Part shown: positions 13,489-27,849 of the stretch, one piece after another
Numbering within the stretch: the first letter of the stretch is position 1
Layout: every line of letters starts with the position of its first letter
Notes under the pieces: generated by a model
The model's input: only the letters and a program-made list of their open reading frames with translations
The model's database searches: none
Told to the model about the DNA's origin: nothing
Program-made: the position numbers and the translations under genes
NCBI GenBank assembly: GCA_044892525.1
Contig: CM097885.1
Coordinates: 29,514,001 to 29,578,000, forward strand
Source: Schmidtea polychroa
Taxonomy: Eukaryota
Direction of reading: 5' to 3'
DNA: 64,000 bases

Positions 13489-15895
13489 TTCTATATCCAA
13501 CAGATGAATTGATTTCTCACCGGTTTTATTTAGAAACGCGCCCTTGTAACTTGTGACACTTGTAAAAATCAGCCTGTTTCAAACGATGTTTTATCTTATT
13601 TAACTACAAAATTTGAAGTACACTAAAGCCTTAATAAAATGTTTATACTTTATAATTAACTTTGCTTTCACAATTATAAATTGAATTCAAGTAATTATTA
13701 TGAAATTTTTTATTTAATTGGCGAGGGAAATAATAACAAGGAAATAATAAAAAAGGACAAATTACATTGATGAATTTTTGATCTAAAATTAATATTGTTA
13801 TTCTTTTAATTTACTTGGAAATAAAAAAAAATGAAACTGCAAAATTAAAGTAAAGAAAATTATTTATTTAATTGTACTGAGGTATTCAAACGATAATATT
13901 CAGCTATTTGTTTAATTAATTAATATAATCAATAAACTGAATATTAAATTGTAAATGAGCTGATCAATAAATTTTAAGTCATTGTTTAGAGTTCTTTATT
14001 GGTGTTATTAACACAATCTAGGGACGCTGGAATGAAATATTAATAATAGCCATGCCCAAATAGAAAGGGTTTAGGAGGTTCATATGGTATAAGAAATCTA
14101 GAAGATAAAATGGAAACAATTGTCTGTATAATTTTTCAGATTTTCCTCTCTTTTTACTCAAATAAAATTTTGAGTTAGAAAAAACTTTAATTTTCCGATT
14201 TACTTTTATAATATTTAAAATTATCGTTTAGATATTTATGGCAAGACCATTCCATTCTCGAAATAAAACTGGAATAAAACCGAACTAAATTCTTTTAAAA
14301 AAGGTTTTAACGACCACTTTTTAAACAGTTATTTTATCTAAACGTCTTCTTTTTGCCACTTAATTTATTGTCAAAAAATATTTAAAGGAATATAATTTAA
14401 AATCAAATATATATGAGGTTTAGGAAAAATTTTACATGTTTTACTATGTAGTTGAAACAGTTTTAAACACAACGGTAATTGTCTTTAAACATTTATTTTC
14501 AATATTTATAACTTTTCATTATTAAAAGAACAATTTTAGCAATATTAAAAAAATTATTTTCTAATCAAATATATAATGTTGTATAAAAAGTAAGAGATAT
14601 AAACAGAGAGGTATGTGGACAGAGTTACTATTGAAGCTTTCTCAGGGCCTATCAATGCCATATTAATTTAATCAAATTTTGTAAATTATGTTATCGAAAA
14701 TAAATAAATATATTTTTTGGTTGTTTTTATTTAATTAGTGAGCAATAAAATATTAAGTAAAAATTAACAATTACTATTTGTTACTGAAATTGACAAAACA
14801 GATATTTTAATTAAATAAAATTAAGCAGCTTTATCACATATGGAATTAGGTTATGGTATTATTTTTATGTGCTTTGTTTAAATATTCAATTTTATTTTTT
14901 ATTATTATCTCCCAAAATTCATCCAAACATTAATGACATAGTTCTTATTATGAAACAGATATTTACTAAAAAAGTCCCGGAAACTTGATATTGTAATGAA
15001 ATTTGTAACCCATCTTTATAATATGATATTTTTTGTTAAAGAAATAATATCTAAGGTTTTCGTTTTAGATAATTAGGGAAATGAGTTCAGATATTTAGGA
15101 GTTTTGTTAAGTATAAAGGTTAAAAATCATTTCAGAACCAATTTTTTAAAGTATTCTCAAATATTATAAATAAATTTTTTCGATATCATTAGATTTCTGT
15201 TGCATGGATTATTGTATTTAATTACATAATTAACTTTATAATAATTAATTACAAATTACAAAATAATAATATTATCAGTTTAATGAAACAGCTGCAAATT
15301 ATTCCATTTATCTTCATTTAGTTTTCAACTGTAGATCAATGTTTGTTATTTAACGTATAAGTTAACTTATTAATAGAAAGTAATTATTATAATCACTTAG
15401 TTTATATTTTGTCATTTTCTTAAAAGAAATATTAGTCAATAAATATTTGGATTTTGAATTAATTTACGCTGCAAAATGTGAAAAGAATATTTAATTATTT
15501 ATTCATTCAAAATAATAACTAGAGAAAATAAATTCGCATATTCAATTATGCTATAATTTACAATTCATATTAGTATTAGTGAAAGAGAAAAAAATGGAAA
15601 GAATCTGCAACACCAAATATCATATAACCCCATTGATAATTGGCATGAAAAATAGTTTTCTCTAAAGAATAAATCAATATATGCAAAATTACTTGAAAAT
15701 TATTTTTCACGTCGATTAAAATAAAACTTAAACTTGCTGATTTGTTTTTAAAACTAACTGTGGAAATTAAAGATTTTTTTGGAATTTTCACAGTCAAAAA
15801 AATCTTTAAAAATCAATATGTAAATGAAATCTTTTAGAATTTTTATCATTATTAATTAATATTATAAATAATATTTTTATGATAACAATTAAAAA

Positions 15896-16030
15896 TCACT
15901 AGAAAAAGGCAATGCCGAAAATTCGTGAATATCAAAAATACATCGATATCATTACTGATTCATAGTCAAGCTTTTTAATAAATACAAAGTCAATTGAAAA
16001 TAAATCAATGGTGAAAATTGAAAAAAGTTC
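15896..16030 (+). mobile_element. Family A pLTR-like fragment with a degenerate hammerhead motif
   Basis: tcac-TAGAAAA-aggcaatgcc-GAAA-at-TC-gtga at 15896-15928, followed by catcgata...actgattcatagtcaagc as in other copies. Confidence 0.55.
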
Positions 16031-16040
16031 CATAATAATA

Positions 16041-16061
16041 ATTATTATTATTATGTGATAT

Positions 16062-16121
<60 letters not shown>

Positions 16122-16536
16122 CATTATTACTATATTGAAAATAAATATCTAAACTTATTAATTTCAATAAAAATTACATCATCTCACCTTCTTAAATATC
16201 TTTTCTCTATTAAATTTATTTGTTAATAAATAATTAACTGAAAATAATTTCCTACGCAGACATTAATCTCAATAAAACCTAATTCAAGAATGATATTTTC
16301 AGTTATTTTAAGTCAGTCCAAAATTTTTAAAACCAAATAAATTAAATTTTATATATAAATATAAACAAAACAGCATTAATAAATTAATTTTAATGAACAA
16401 TTTCGATTTGAAAAAGATTTTCTAAAATTAAGATTAAAATATTCATTTTAAGCTGAAAAAGATTTTGCAAATTTTCTTGATAAAAGCCTGTCATATTTGA
16501 TTGGCAAATATTATTCATGAACAATATAAATAAATT
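16041..16536 (+). repeat. Left arm of a ~0.45-0.5-kb inverted repeat (partner 21010-21465)
   Basis: Reverse-complement near-identity, e.g. ttcctacgcagacattaatctc vs gagattaatgtctgcgtaggaa; differs mainly in (TA)n length. Confidence 0.9.
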
Positions 16537-16984
16537 CATCTTAGAATTTAGATAAATGTTTAGGATATTCAATGTGTAATATTAATCTGGTGTTGACTAC
16601 ATTATGAAATGTTCTAAAGTTTTCATATTAATAAATATATTAAATTATCCTGAAAATTATTTTGTTATTCATTAATTATTTGTTTTGTATTTTATTATTT
16701 ACATCATTTTATCAGGATATTAAAAGAATCAGTAAGTAACTTTGACAAAGTTAGAAACGTAAAATGTTAAAGAAAGTGTAAATCTCAAGTTTAGGGGGAC
16801 ATGAGTATTAGAGGTTTGGAGTGTAACGCTTCTGACTTTCAAATTAATAAATATATTAACTTAATAATTAAATTTCAAATACTTTATTAAATTAATTAAA
16901 TTAAAATATATTGGTTTGATATGCATTTCTTTCAAACGTCTCCATCTTTTAATCAATAAAACAAATGTACTCAAAATTCTGTAA

Positions 16985-17344
16985 TTGGAACAATTTGTGA
17001 ATCTAAGAAATGCTAACCAATATATCGAATGGGTATTACAAGCGATAACTCTCGCAAAGCTGCTGCAGATACTCCTTTTCGTTATCAGATTTATACAGTC
17101 AATGGATACGTTAAATTTAAATAAGCAATTACGTTCGGATCATGGAGACTACACCATCTCAATTGAATATTCAAACAACAAGAAATCAGGGAAGTCGTAT
17201 ACAATAAAATACAATGTCATTCCTAAATTCGCAAATACCAGAGACTCTTTATACAAAGATGTGGAATCCAATAAATATATTGTACCAATTAATTTTATGT
17301 TCCTAATTTTATGTTTTATTCTGCTTAACCATAGATGTCGTTGA
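16985..17344 (+). CDS. Probable terminal exon of an IgSF gene: Ig-like D-x-G-x-Y motif plus hydrophobic C-terminal tail (GPI-signal-like); possibly frameshifted
   Basis: LRSDHGDYTISIEY and tail IVPINFMFLILCFILL. An upstream frame reads ...PFRYQIYTVNGYVKFK, suggesting an indel near 17115. The 5' boundary is uncertain. Confidence 0.5.
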   Translation: MEQFVNLRNANQYIEWVLQAITLAKLLQILLFVIRFIQSMDTLNLNKQLRSDHGDYTISIEYSNNKKSGKSYTIKYNVIPKFANTRDSLYKDVESNKYIVPINFMFLILCFILLNHRCR

Positions 17345-17538
17345 AAGAAAAAAATTATTTATCAAAATGTAGAATCTTGTCGTGTTTACCATCAAACTGT
17401 TATATATCAGACTAATTTTATTCAATATCTTTTGGGATGAATATTTTATGAAAAATAAACATACTTTATTAATGGTCTGCAAATTCTCCAGTAGATAATG
17501 ATGTAGATATTGTATGGAAAATTATTCATAAAGAGGTG

Positions 17539-17591
<53 letters not shown>

Positions 17592-18559
17592 TTTAATTTT
17601 TGAGAATATTTGTGAATTTTGAATTAATTAATTTAATTATATATATAAATATATAATAATTTTTCTAAATAATTATTTCAAATTGTAAAAACAAACATAA
17701 AAAACTCTTTCAACTTTAGCAGTATTAAACTGGAACAGAAATAAATAATTCCATCAAACCATAAACAAAATTATGTTCTAATTATTTGATAATTTTTGTT
17801 TTAAATAACTTATTAAACAACTTGTAACGTTTTCGATTCGAACTAATTTCAAAAATTAATTGAAAAATTTTAATTTTTTATATTTAAATGAAATTTTAAT
17901 TAAATTTTAATTAAAAATTATTTATCATGCTTTAAATTTGTTTTTAAATAATTTTCAAATTTTAGTTATATAATTAAGTTAAATTTATAAGCGGCAATTA
18001 CAAAGCAAATACTAAATGTCAGTTTTCCATATTGAAATCTTTAGTTATCTGTGTTTATTTAAATTATTATTTATGCTAACATTTTTATGTGTGTATAACG
18101 TTTTGTGTGCTTTATTCAATGGTGCTACTTTGATCCCAAGTGTTCAACCATAGGTTATCAAAATTTTCAATAAGTTTAAAAGAAAATTTTTAAATTTTTT
18201 TATAATCAAGATGTTCTTAAACATTTAAGGTCACAACTCTTTGTATGTAGTTTTGTGTTTTATTCAATGGACCTACTTATACATTCGAGGGTTTAATCAT
18301 GGTGAATAAAAACCTTCAAAGGGTTAAAGTATTTTTATGGCATTTTTAACTGAATGGATAACAAGATGGACCAAGGTTAAACAAGCGCCAAAAGTTAACT
18401 AGGTTAAAATTTCACTTAGAACTTATTTTTGCATATTAAAATATTTTATTTTAATTTTAAAACTTTAACAATCTTTATTTTTATATATTGTATTCCTCTT
18501 TTTACCCGATGAAAGAGGAGATAATTATCTCAATTGAGGTATTGTCATATAAAATGATA

Positions 18560-19380
18560 AAAATATACAAAATTCAAATTTTTAAAAATATTGAAATTTT
18601 AAAGAAACTTTCCAAAAGAGAAAGAAATTCTCTACAATATATGCAATAATTTTAAATTTTTCATCATTCTTTATGTTCATACACTCCAGTTCATCAATAT
18701 TTAAATATGTAAATTCATTAAAATTATTTTTATTAAACAAACATTGAAAATCATCAAAACATTCATTCAAACATTACTTATCACATGCATACTTTAACAG
18801 TCGCATATTAGCATTATCATTAATTACTTTTGATTGAGAGCTCTTAGCACGTCCCCTTTGATTGGCGCTTGATAGTTTTGCGACTCGTCTTTAAATTGAT
18901 CCTCCATAACTAAGTTCTCATCATTGTGTTGATTTCTAAAATTTCAAATGTTTTCATTATTTTTCTCATTATTAGAATTTCCACAATTTTTAAAATTTCT
19001 TTCTTTATTTAAGTTTCTAAAATTATCACTGCCTCTGTAATTATTGGGTCTCTGAAATCTATTTACTTGTTTTCGTCCAGTATGCCTGTCAAAACATTGA
19101 AATTGTAAATGTCCATTTCCATTTAGATAGAAACATTTAATATTTGGATATTCTTGTCTGATATGACCTTCTTTGTAGCCATAGCATTGAATTTGGCGTT
19201 GTAATGAATTGAGTCTACTGTAAATTTCATATTTTCTGTTTTGGAAATTATTATCCTTATACAAAGGTTTAGACTTAATTGGATTGTAATTATTGTGAAA
19301 CATTTCCGCATAGCTTCTTTTACTTATTGCAGCTACATTTTCATTGAGTTTCGATTCTTTCAATTTTTTCAAAATACATT
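18560..19380 (-). mobile_element. Degenerate LTR-retrotransposon gag fragment (two decayed CCHC zinc knuckles)
   Basis: QCYGYKEGHIRQEYP and KCFYLNGNGHLQFQC resemble CX2CX4HX4C; downstream frames are broken. Confidence 0.6.
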
Positions 19381-21009
19381 TTATTTATTTATTTAATAGA
19401 TTAATATTGCACAATAGTCGCCAGGATATATGAATACATATTTTAAAGTATCTAACTGAAATATTATAGAACCTATAAATTATTGCTGTTGACTGAAAAT
19501 AACTGAAGAAAACAACATTAATTTAAATGTAGAACTAATTAATAAATTAAAACCCGTCAACATATTATACATATTATCAGGAAATAGTAAGACGACTTTC
19601 AATTTTCTAAAATATGTATTTATCATGCTTAATAAGTATTTTTCGGACACCTATATTGTACATAACATATTTAAAAACTAACTTTCTTAACATAATAAAC
19701 CATTTTCAAAATAAAACTGCTATAAATAAATAATTTTAACCACACTTGCATAATAGTTTTTTTAATATGAAATACAACAAAACACAGCTAAATAAATTTT
19801 TCAGTATGAAAAAATGACATTTTGTATTTGGTTTTACACAAAACACCACTGAGATACATTTTCTATAGTGATGGTTGGCGTGTACAGCAATTGCTCCTTC
19901 ACCAATTTAATGAATTTCATTGTATGAATTGTTCATCATGAATGTACATGAATGTATTTTGGAAATTTATTTTAGCCATTTTACAAATGGCTTTCAGGTA
20001 AGATGTTTAATTTTTAGTAAATTTTATGGCTTGAATTTTGATTCATATAAATATGAGATCATTATTCAAGTTCTTAAATATTACTTGTATCAACAGTATA
20101 ATTATAATTTATTTTTAATTAATTTTCAGGGTTTTCGGAATTTTATGACTTTTAATTTTAAGGTTTTTGGAATTATTTCGATATAATATAAGTCAGATAT
20201 ATTTTAAAATATAATTAAATAAATCAATCATCAAAAATATGTATTTTTCTAAAACATTTTGGGAAAAATGGCCTAGTATGAATAAAATTAATTTTTGTAA
20301 TCTTCTTTTCTGAACTCAATATAAATGGCTTCTTTCAGGAAATCAAATCTGGATTGAACCAAATCAACCTGCTCTTGATATTTTCATTAAAATATATTTA
20401 AATATTTTTTTTCCATCTATTTTTTTCTCAAAATTGTTTTGAATAAAGTTATTATAGAAACGTATCTTAGCGGTACATTTCTACGAATCGAAAGTTTGTA
20501 TGTTTTTTTAGTATGTGTTGTATTTGTGTGCAGTATTTAATTTTTCTATCCCTCTTTAGATTTCTATAGTGTAAAATGTATGTCATTGCAATTTAAATGA
20601 GAACATAAGCGTGAAATCAAGGTAAGTATGCATGTTTCTATAATGTAATATTATTGATTTTTTTCTTATATTATAGGATAATTTAAAATATTTATTAATA
20701 TTAAAATTTTAAAAAATCCCAGTGTTGTTAACAACGAATATTCTACGCCAGATCTGCAGAACATGTGGCACTGAACATTTTCTAGAGATCTCACAAAGAT
20801 TTTCGAAGAAATTCATATATTTAAAAAAAATAATCTTATCTATATTACATACGATACCAATATGTATAGTATTCCGTCTTTTCTATTAACGACCTCAACT
20901 GTTTTCTTTGAAATATTCGGCCCTCGATTCTTCTTAGGTTGCGCTGACTTGTTATAAACATTTTTCTAAATTCTGAGATGAATAACATTTGATAAGCCTT
21001 ATAGAAAAT

Positions 21010-21450
21010 AATTTATTTATATTGTTCATGAATAATATTTGCCAATCAAATATGACAGGCTTTTATCAAGAAAATTTGCAAAATCTTTTTCAGCTTAAAA
21101 TAAATATTCTAATCTTAATTTTAGAAAATCATTTTCTAATCGAAATTGTTCATTAAAATTAATTTATTAATGCTGTTTTGTTTATATTTATATATAAAAT
21201 TTAATTTATTTGGTTTAAAAATTTTGGACTGACTTAAAATAACTGAAAATATCATTCTTGAATTAGGTTTTATTGAGATTAATGTCTGCGTAGGAAATTA
21301 TTTTCAGTTAATTATTTATTAACAAATAAATTTAATAGAGAAATGACATTTGAGAAGGTGAGATGATGTAATTTTTATTGAAATTAATAAGTTTAGATAT
21401 TTATTTTCAATATAGTAATAATGTATTTATATATATTTATTTAATATCAC

Positions 21451-21465
<15 letters not shown>
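21010..21465 (-). repeat. Right arm of the inverted repeat (partner 16041-16536)
   Basis: Reverse complement of 16041-16536, ending in the (AAT)n tract at 21451-21514. Confidence 0.9.
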
Positions 21466-21515
<50 letters not shown>

Positions 21516-21715
21516 TTTTAATTTATTTAATTGACTAATTTAATTTATATATACATTTAAGCTGAAAAACATTAGTCTGAAAACTTGAGTAGACTTTGAA
21601 GAAATTCATTTTTAATTGTATGGCGCCATTTTTGTAAGATAATATTTATTAGTATTTTACTAATTTCTCACTGTCTAATTTCAATTAATTTACGCAACTC
21701 ACTTTAATAATTTAG

Positions 21716-21754
21716 AACCAGATCCAGAAATATATTACAGTCCTTATAAAAAGG
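21716..21754 (+). CDS. Probable 39-bp phase-1 linker exon (EPDPEIYYSPYKK) of the IgSF gene
   Basis: Acceptor tttag at 21715, donor G|GTAATT at 21754/21755, then a 45-nt intron ending ttttattag. The intron is also open in frame. Confidence 0.5.
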
Positions 21755-21799
21755 GTAATTTAATTTGTAAAATCAATTCCCAATCTAATGTTTTATTAG

Positions 21800-22159
21800 T
21801 GAGAATTACGGCTCCCGGTTATGTTGAAGAAAATGAAACTTTTAATATCAGTTGTTCAATTGATATTAATTTATCTGAATCAAAACTTGTCACTGTTGAC
21901 TGGTATCAAAATGGAATTTATCTCTCTACCTCAAAGGTTTCAGGAAGAATTTTAATTAAGCAGATAATATCTCTTTCCAATCACAACGATGGGGACGCGG
22001 AAAAATTCAGATCAGAGTATAATGTAATACGAAGTGTAGCAATTTTAGTATTTGAATCTCCAAAGCCAGAGATCAACGGAATCTATGAGTGCAGAGCTTA
22101 CAAGCCAATTTCCCAGATTCAATATATCCCCATTGATTCAGCTGCTTTAAAAATAAGAG
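21800..22159 (+). CDS. Complete Ig-domain exon (phase 1-1), IgSF protein
   Basis: FNISC (B-strand Cys), VDWYQNG (C-strand Trp), NGIYEC (F-strand Cys); acceptor AG at 21799 and donor GT at 22160. Confidence 0.85.
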
Positions 22160-22179
22160 GTTAAAATTTATTATATTTA

Positions 22180-22316
<137 letters not shown>

Positions 22317-23802
22317 CGTTAGAAAATATAAATACATCTTATTTGATATCACCTAAACATTACTTGGATATTTTTCAGAATTTAATTACCTAAAAACCTG
22401 GAAAATAATATTAAATATCGTATAAAATATTTTATTGCAATAAGAACAAATTCAATTTAGCTAAAATAACGCATCGTTCACTTTATGGGTTTTTAATAGC
22501 AAAACATGCCGTTGGGATTCTTTAATTAAGTTTAAAACATTATAAATCACATTTATTTGCCCATCAATAGTTTAAAAATATTTTGCTTATATAGACTGAA
22601 AAATTTCCAATATCAATAACAATAAATATTACAATTGTTATTTATTATTGTGAACTAATTTACTTTTAATTGCTTTAATGACTATTTGAAACTTATTTCA
22701 TCTACGGATATTTATATAAACGTCATATTTATATTTTGTTATAATTTCGAGTAAAATTAAACATTTAACAAAATTTATTTATTAGGCTTTTGGTAAATAA
22801 ATAATTTGTGGTTGACCTGTCATTGAAGCTTTGGCTTTAGGCTTTAATTACGAAATAGCAAAACTCCTAATGAATTGCTTTGGGAGTTTTCTCAATGTAA
22901 TACTACTATTCACTTTTATTTGATATTCTGAAAAAATGATTTCAATATCTTACCTATAAATGTTTAACTTTTCTTTAAAGGTAATTAAAATATATTATAA
23001 TTAATTTCTCTTCGGGTTTTCTTCACCTGGTTTCTAAACTACCTTTGATCATGATAATGATCCTCAAAGTTTAATGCATCACTTATATCCCTCACTTTAT
23101 GTATCCTTTCATTATCTTTTGATAATTTTATCTTTATCCTGCTTTTAATCATTATTTTATTTATCCATTGCCTATATTCTAAATTTTAAAAATTAATTAT
23201 TTATTGATTTCCTGTAAATTCACATTGTAGTAATTTATTCTTGATAACATTTAGATCTGGTTTGCATTACATTTGTATTAAATTTTAAATTATTTTGTTT
23301 TAAACAACCTCAACATAATTAAATTTCTAGAAAATAATCAATTGATAAACTGAATAGTAAAGTTATCCGTAAAATGTTAAAATTATTTAAATAAAAATGT
23401 TTATTATAGCATAAAAGAATTAAAAGAATAAAATATAATAAATATTTAAAATATGTATTTAAATAGTTTATATTAAACATAAATAATTATATATCAGTTG
23501 CAATATTTTCGCAATAATTTTTTTCTGCAAAAATTGAATTTTACTATTACATGTAATATCAATTATATGATAATTTCAACTAATTCACTTATTGCTGGAG
23601 AATCAACTAATTTTTACATAGAATCTATTTTTGTCCATAAAAATTCTCTTTCTAAAATATGTCGTAAGAAATGTTTTTTATAAAAGGTTATAGTAAATAA
23701 ATAAAAATGATTTTAGATTTATTAAAAAGTTGACAATGAATCAGTAAAGATATCGATGTTTTTTTGATATTCACGAATTTTCTGCACAGCCTTTGTTTAG
23801 TG

Positions 23803-23923
23803 CAGTGGTACGCAAACTTTTTACCTCCCGGCACAAAATAGAAAAAATAAATAGAAAAAAAGCACATTTTAAATTCTTTTACGGCACACTAATATGCCGC
23901 GGCACATAGTTTGCGTATCACTG
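23803..23923. mobile_element. 121-bp hAT-type MITE
   Basis: TIRs CAGTGGTACGCAAACT / AGTTTGCGTATCACTG; exact 8-bp TSD GTTTAGTG at 23795-23802 and 23924-23931. Confidence 0.85.
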
Positions 23924-24357
23924 GTTTAGTGATTTAAAAAAATATATTAAGTGCGTGTATTAATTTAAATACATTTATTAATATTATTTCGTATAAGTTT
24001 GTTTTAAATAAATCAAGTTTAATTTGAAAAATAAGATATAATTAGTTATTGTGATTTAAAAAGAAATGAAATTTAATATTTTATAATTATAAAATTTATG
24101 ATTTGGATATGAAACTTTCTAGAGCGTTTATTTTAATGTCTTTTTTCACATATTTAAACTTTAATTAAATTGTAAGTTATATAATCATTTAATTGATAAT
24201 CTTTATATTACAAATTGCCAATATAAAGTGGCACATGAAGATTTTTTGTACATGTGTATATTTTTCAAATAAAATATATTTCATTCCTATGCCTTTTAAT
24301 AATCATTCTTCCATTCAACATATCCTAATGTCGTGAAATTCTTTGAATATGAAAATA

Positions 24358-24435
24358 ATACATGTCTTTTTTTACACGATTTTTTTACACGCTTTTTGTT
24401 TGAACGTATCTACCGTGTAAAAAAAGAGTTGGGTG
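24358..24435 (+). mobile_element. Right-end fragment of the same MITE family as 31452-32153
   Basis: catgtcttttttt-acacg...gtttgaacgtat...gagttgggtg|ta matches 32078-32155. Confidence 0.7.
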
Positions 24436-24907
24436 TAATTGTGATTTACTGAAGAATGCAAAAGATTTTATAACTTATATTCATATTAAAATTAAAACAT
24501 TCTTACAAAATGATGGAGTTATATTATTTATCTGCTGCTATTTATCGTTTCTTTAAAGCACAGTCCATCTTTAGAATCGTTAATATTTATTTATTTTGTT
24601 TTAATTAATAAAAATGTCTAATGATTTCTTGGCTAGAGTAAAGATGAAATAAAGAATCTATATTTTATAAATTATTTGGCATTAATTTGAATTAATTCCC
24701 TTTGACTATATTTAATTGTTTAATATAAAATTCAACTGAAAAAGGCGTACTTAATTAAGTGTACTCATGTCCTCAACTTCTGCAATTAAAACTCTTCCTA
24801 ACCAATTGATTTGATTTGTAATTTATAAATAATTCATTGAAATTTAATTGAAAATGAAACTCATGTCATTGTTAATTTGAATTTATCGGTGAACCTGTAA
24901 ATATATC

Positions 24908-25132
24908 TCAATTATTTATTTGTTTTTCTAGTACTATCCAAACATCAGTATCACGAAAGCAATACTTCACAGTTATACAAATTCCCCTCAAATATTGGCA
25001 TGCCATCGAAAGAAAATCGCTTGATGAAACAGGGAAATCATCAATTACAAAATGATGGTTGGTTATTTTTTGATGATAAATTACAATTGAATCCGCTTTT
25101 TCACTAACAGTGACTTTTTGATTTTCAATCAA
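24908..25132 (-). pseudogene. Fragment with EKADS..IYH...DTDV motif, resembling FEN/PIN-like nuclease domains of uncharacterised repeat-associated proteins
   Basis: SEKADSIVIYH ... FRDTDVWIVL resembles the EEAD..I..H / DTDV pattern; short and isolated. Confidence 0.3.
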
Positions 25133-27808
25133 TTTTAGAAATAACTAATTGAATTAATAAATTAATTTATTATTTAATTGTTTCATTTATTTCATTTTAG
25201 ACTATCAAACAATAGTGTTCTTTTTATATATAACAAGACATTTTGTCACTATTTTCTACAAACAAAATATTGATTGATATTCTGAAAAGAAATAAAGATA
25301 AAAGAAATTAGAAAATTATTAATGGCGAAGAAAACTAAATATAAATCAATATTGTAAAGTGAGTGTGTTGATCACACTTTTATTGTAATTTAGAATTTAT
25401 AAATGTTAATAATTAAATTATATAAAAGTAAGTAAAATTAAATAATTAATTTTTAAAATTATATATTTTACATGCTATGCTACGTTTTCAAAAAACATGC
25501 TCAAGTTCAACATTCATGCATTTATAATCCAAACATTCACGATTTAAAAATTTGAAAATTATAAATTCAAACTCTTTCAATTCACATAGGTTTAATGGAG
25601 TCACTGGAGTCATTATTGGACTCGTTTCTGGAGCGGAACAAACCGAACAAATCCACAGAGTTGAAGATGCTTTTGAAATTTATATTACTTTGTCATTATT
25701 ATAGTAAAATAATAATATTTAATAATAAATCAATTACCTAACCAGGACATTGATGACATTGATGACTAATACAGAAATGTTTGCATTTGCAATTATAAGC
25801 ATTAAGTATGCGTGTGTATGATTGATTTGTATCAATATTAACTTTTAAATTATTATTATTCCATTTGTGCAATTGAAAGCAGTAAAATTAGTGTCTCAAT
25901 TGAATGTTCCGGTGTGGATTTTATTAAATTAATATTATAAAACTATCTTAATATGATATTCATAAAAACAGGAAAATATTTATCAATTTTATGTAAATTT
26001 CGAAGCAAGTGAAATATATAATATTTACTCTCCTTTCTTTTTACATTTTGTTTTGTGAGGAGCTTTTAAATTATTTCCGAAATAAAACTAAAAATAATTT
26101 TTAAATTAATTCTCTATAGTAAGATTTAAAATATCTTACGATAGAAATAGAAACAAATTGCATATTGACTTAGAAATTGAAAATTATTATGAAATAAAAT
26201 TTATGAAATTATATTTTGAAGAATCTGATAGAAACTTTAATGGTCATATAATATATTTTGTTATTTTATTTAATTAGGGTTTATTATCATAGATTGTTGT
26301 TGTATACATTTTTGTTGTGAATACACTTGTAATAGTCGTCCAGATGCAACCTTTTCAGGAAACTCGGCTGGGCTCAACACATTTTTTTCTGACACAAACA
26401 GAGAACAGATAAAACAAAGTTGTTAAGCAAATAATCACAGAAACGTCAAAAACATGAAAAATTGATGTAAATAGATAAAATTTCATTTGAACTCAAGTCA
26501 GAAAATCAGATATATGTAAGGAAACATCAGGGTGTAGAAAACACTACAAATATTGTTGTGTAGGACACTGTCAAATATTTAGTAATAATTATTTATATCC
26601 AATAGAAATTTTAATTTCGATACAATAATGCAAATATAGATTGATGAGTATATAAAATGATGAGTATATAAGGAAATATAGAAAGATGGTATAGATAAAT
26701 TATCCTCTCAAACTAAAGAGACACTGTAGAAAATGTACATTTAGTAGAGAGACTTTATGGCGACTTTACCTGAAGAAATTATCAATATATTTATAAATAA
26801 TAAAAACTGAAAAAAATTATTTATTTTATTTATTAATATATTTTGATTTATAGGAATGGGCAGCTAATTCTGAACAATGTTCTGTTAGGAACGTATAAAA
26901 TATTTTTTGATAACATGTATTTTTCAAAACCATTTTAGTCTCACAAATTATGTAAAATTATAATGTGTAAAAAATATCTTAAATTAATTTAAAAATAATT
27001 TTAATCAATGATGAAAATTTAGAACTTTTATTTGACAATTTCTGACCATTAAATTAATATGTTTGTTTAAATAAAAATATTTTTTTACGTTAATAAATTT
27101 GATGTATAAAATATATTTGTTGAAAGTTTTCTGTCATAATTAGATAAATTAGAAATTTTATTTGAAAATCCTAAATCAGTTTTCATGTTTTTATTGAAAA
27201 ATCTAATTCGAATCAAATTTGATGTGAATTGTAAAATTTTTCAATTTTTCAATTTAATTTAGGTTTTCATATTTAATTAATTTTACAACAAACTTCCTTT
27301 GTAATTTAAATTATAAAATCTGACAAATTAATTTGATCATGCATCCAATTAATACTTCCATTTTCTTAATTTATTTGTCCATCATTTTCTAAATTTGTTA
27401 TTATACTGAAATTTATTTTTTAATTTCATAAATTCCAGACTAACACATATAAAATATGTTTACAATATATCATATTATAAGAAGATTTCTTGAATTTCAC
27501 CACTGACTTGTTTTCAATTGACATTGATTGTATTTATTAATTGTTATATATAAAAAAACATCGATATATTTACTGATTCATTGTCAAGCTTTTTAATAAA
27601 TACACTATATATTCATATTTGTTTGATGAATATTATATATTTTATATTGCTAATTAATTATTATAATAATTAATATTACCTTGAAATGTATTTTTTATCA
27701 GTTACCCATCATAATAAACAAATATTTATTTTCGATGCTGAAAAGATTGACCCGCTTTTTGGAAAAATTGTATTTTGCAAGAATCTTTATAGTGAATTTT
27801 TTCAATTC

Positions 27809-27849
<41 letters not shown>

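Noticed and set aside
25560..25925. Slightly GC-richer, exon-like blocks
   Set aside because: No consistent frame or recognisable homology on either strand.
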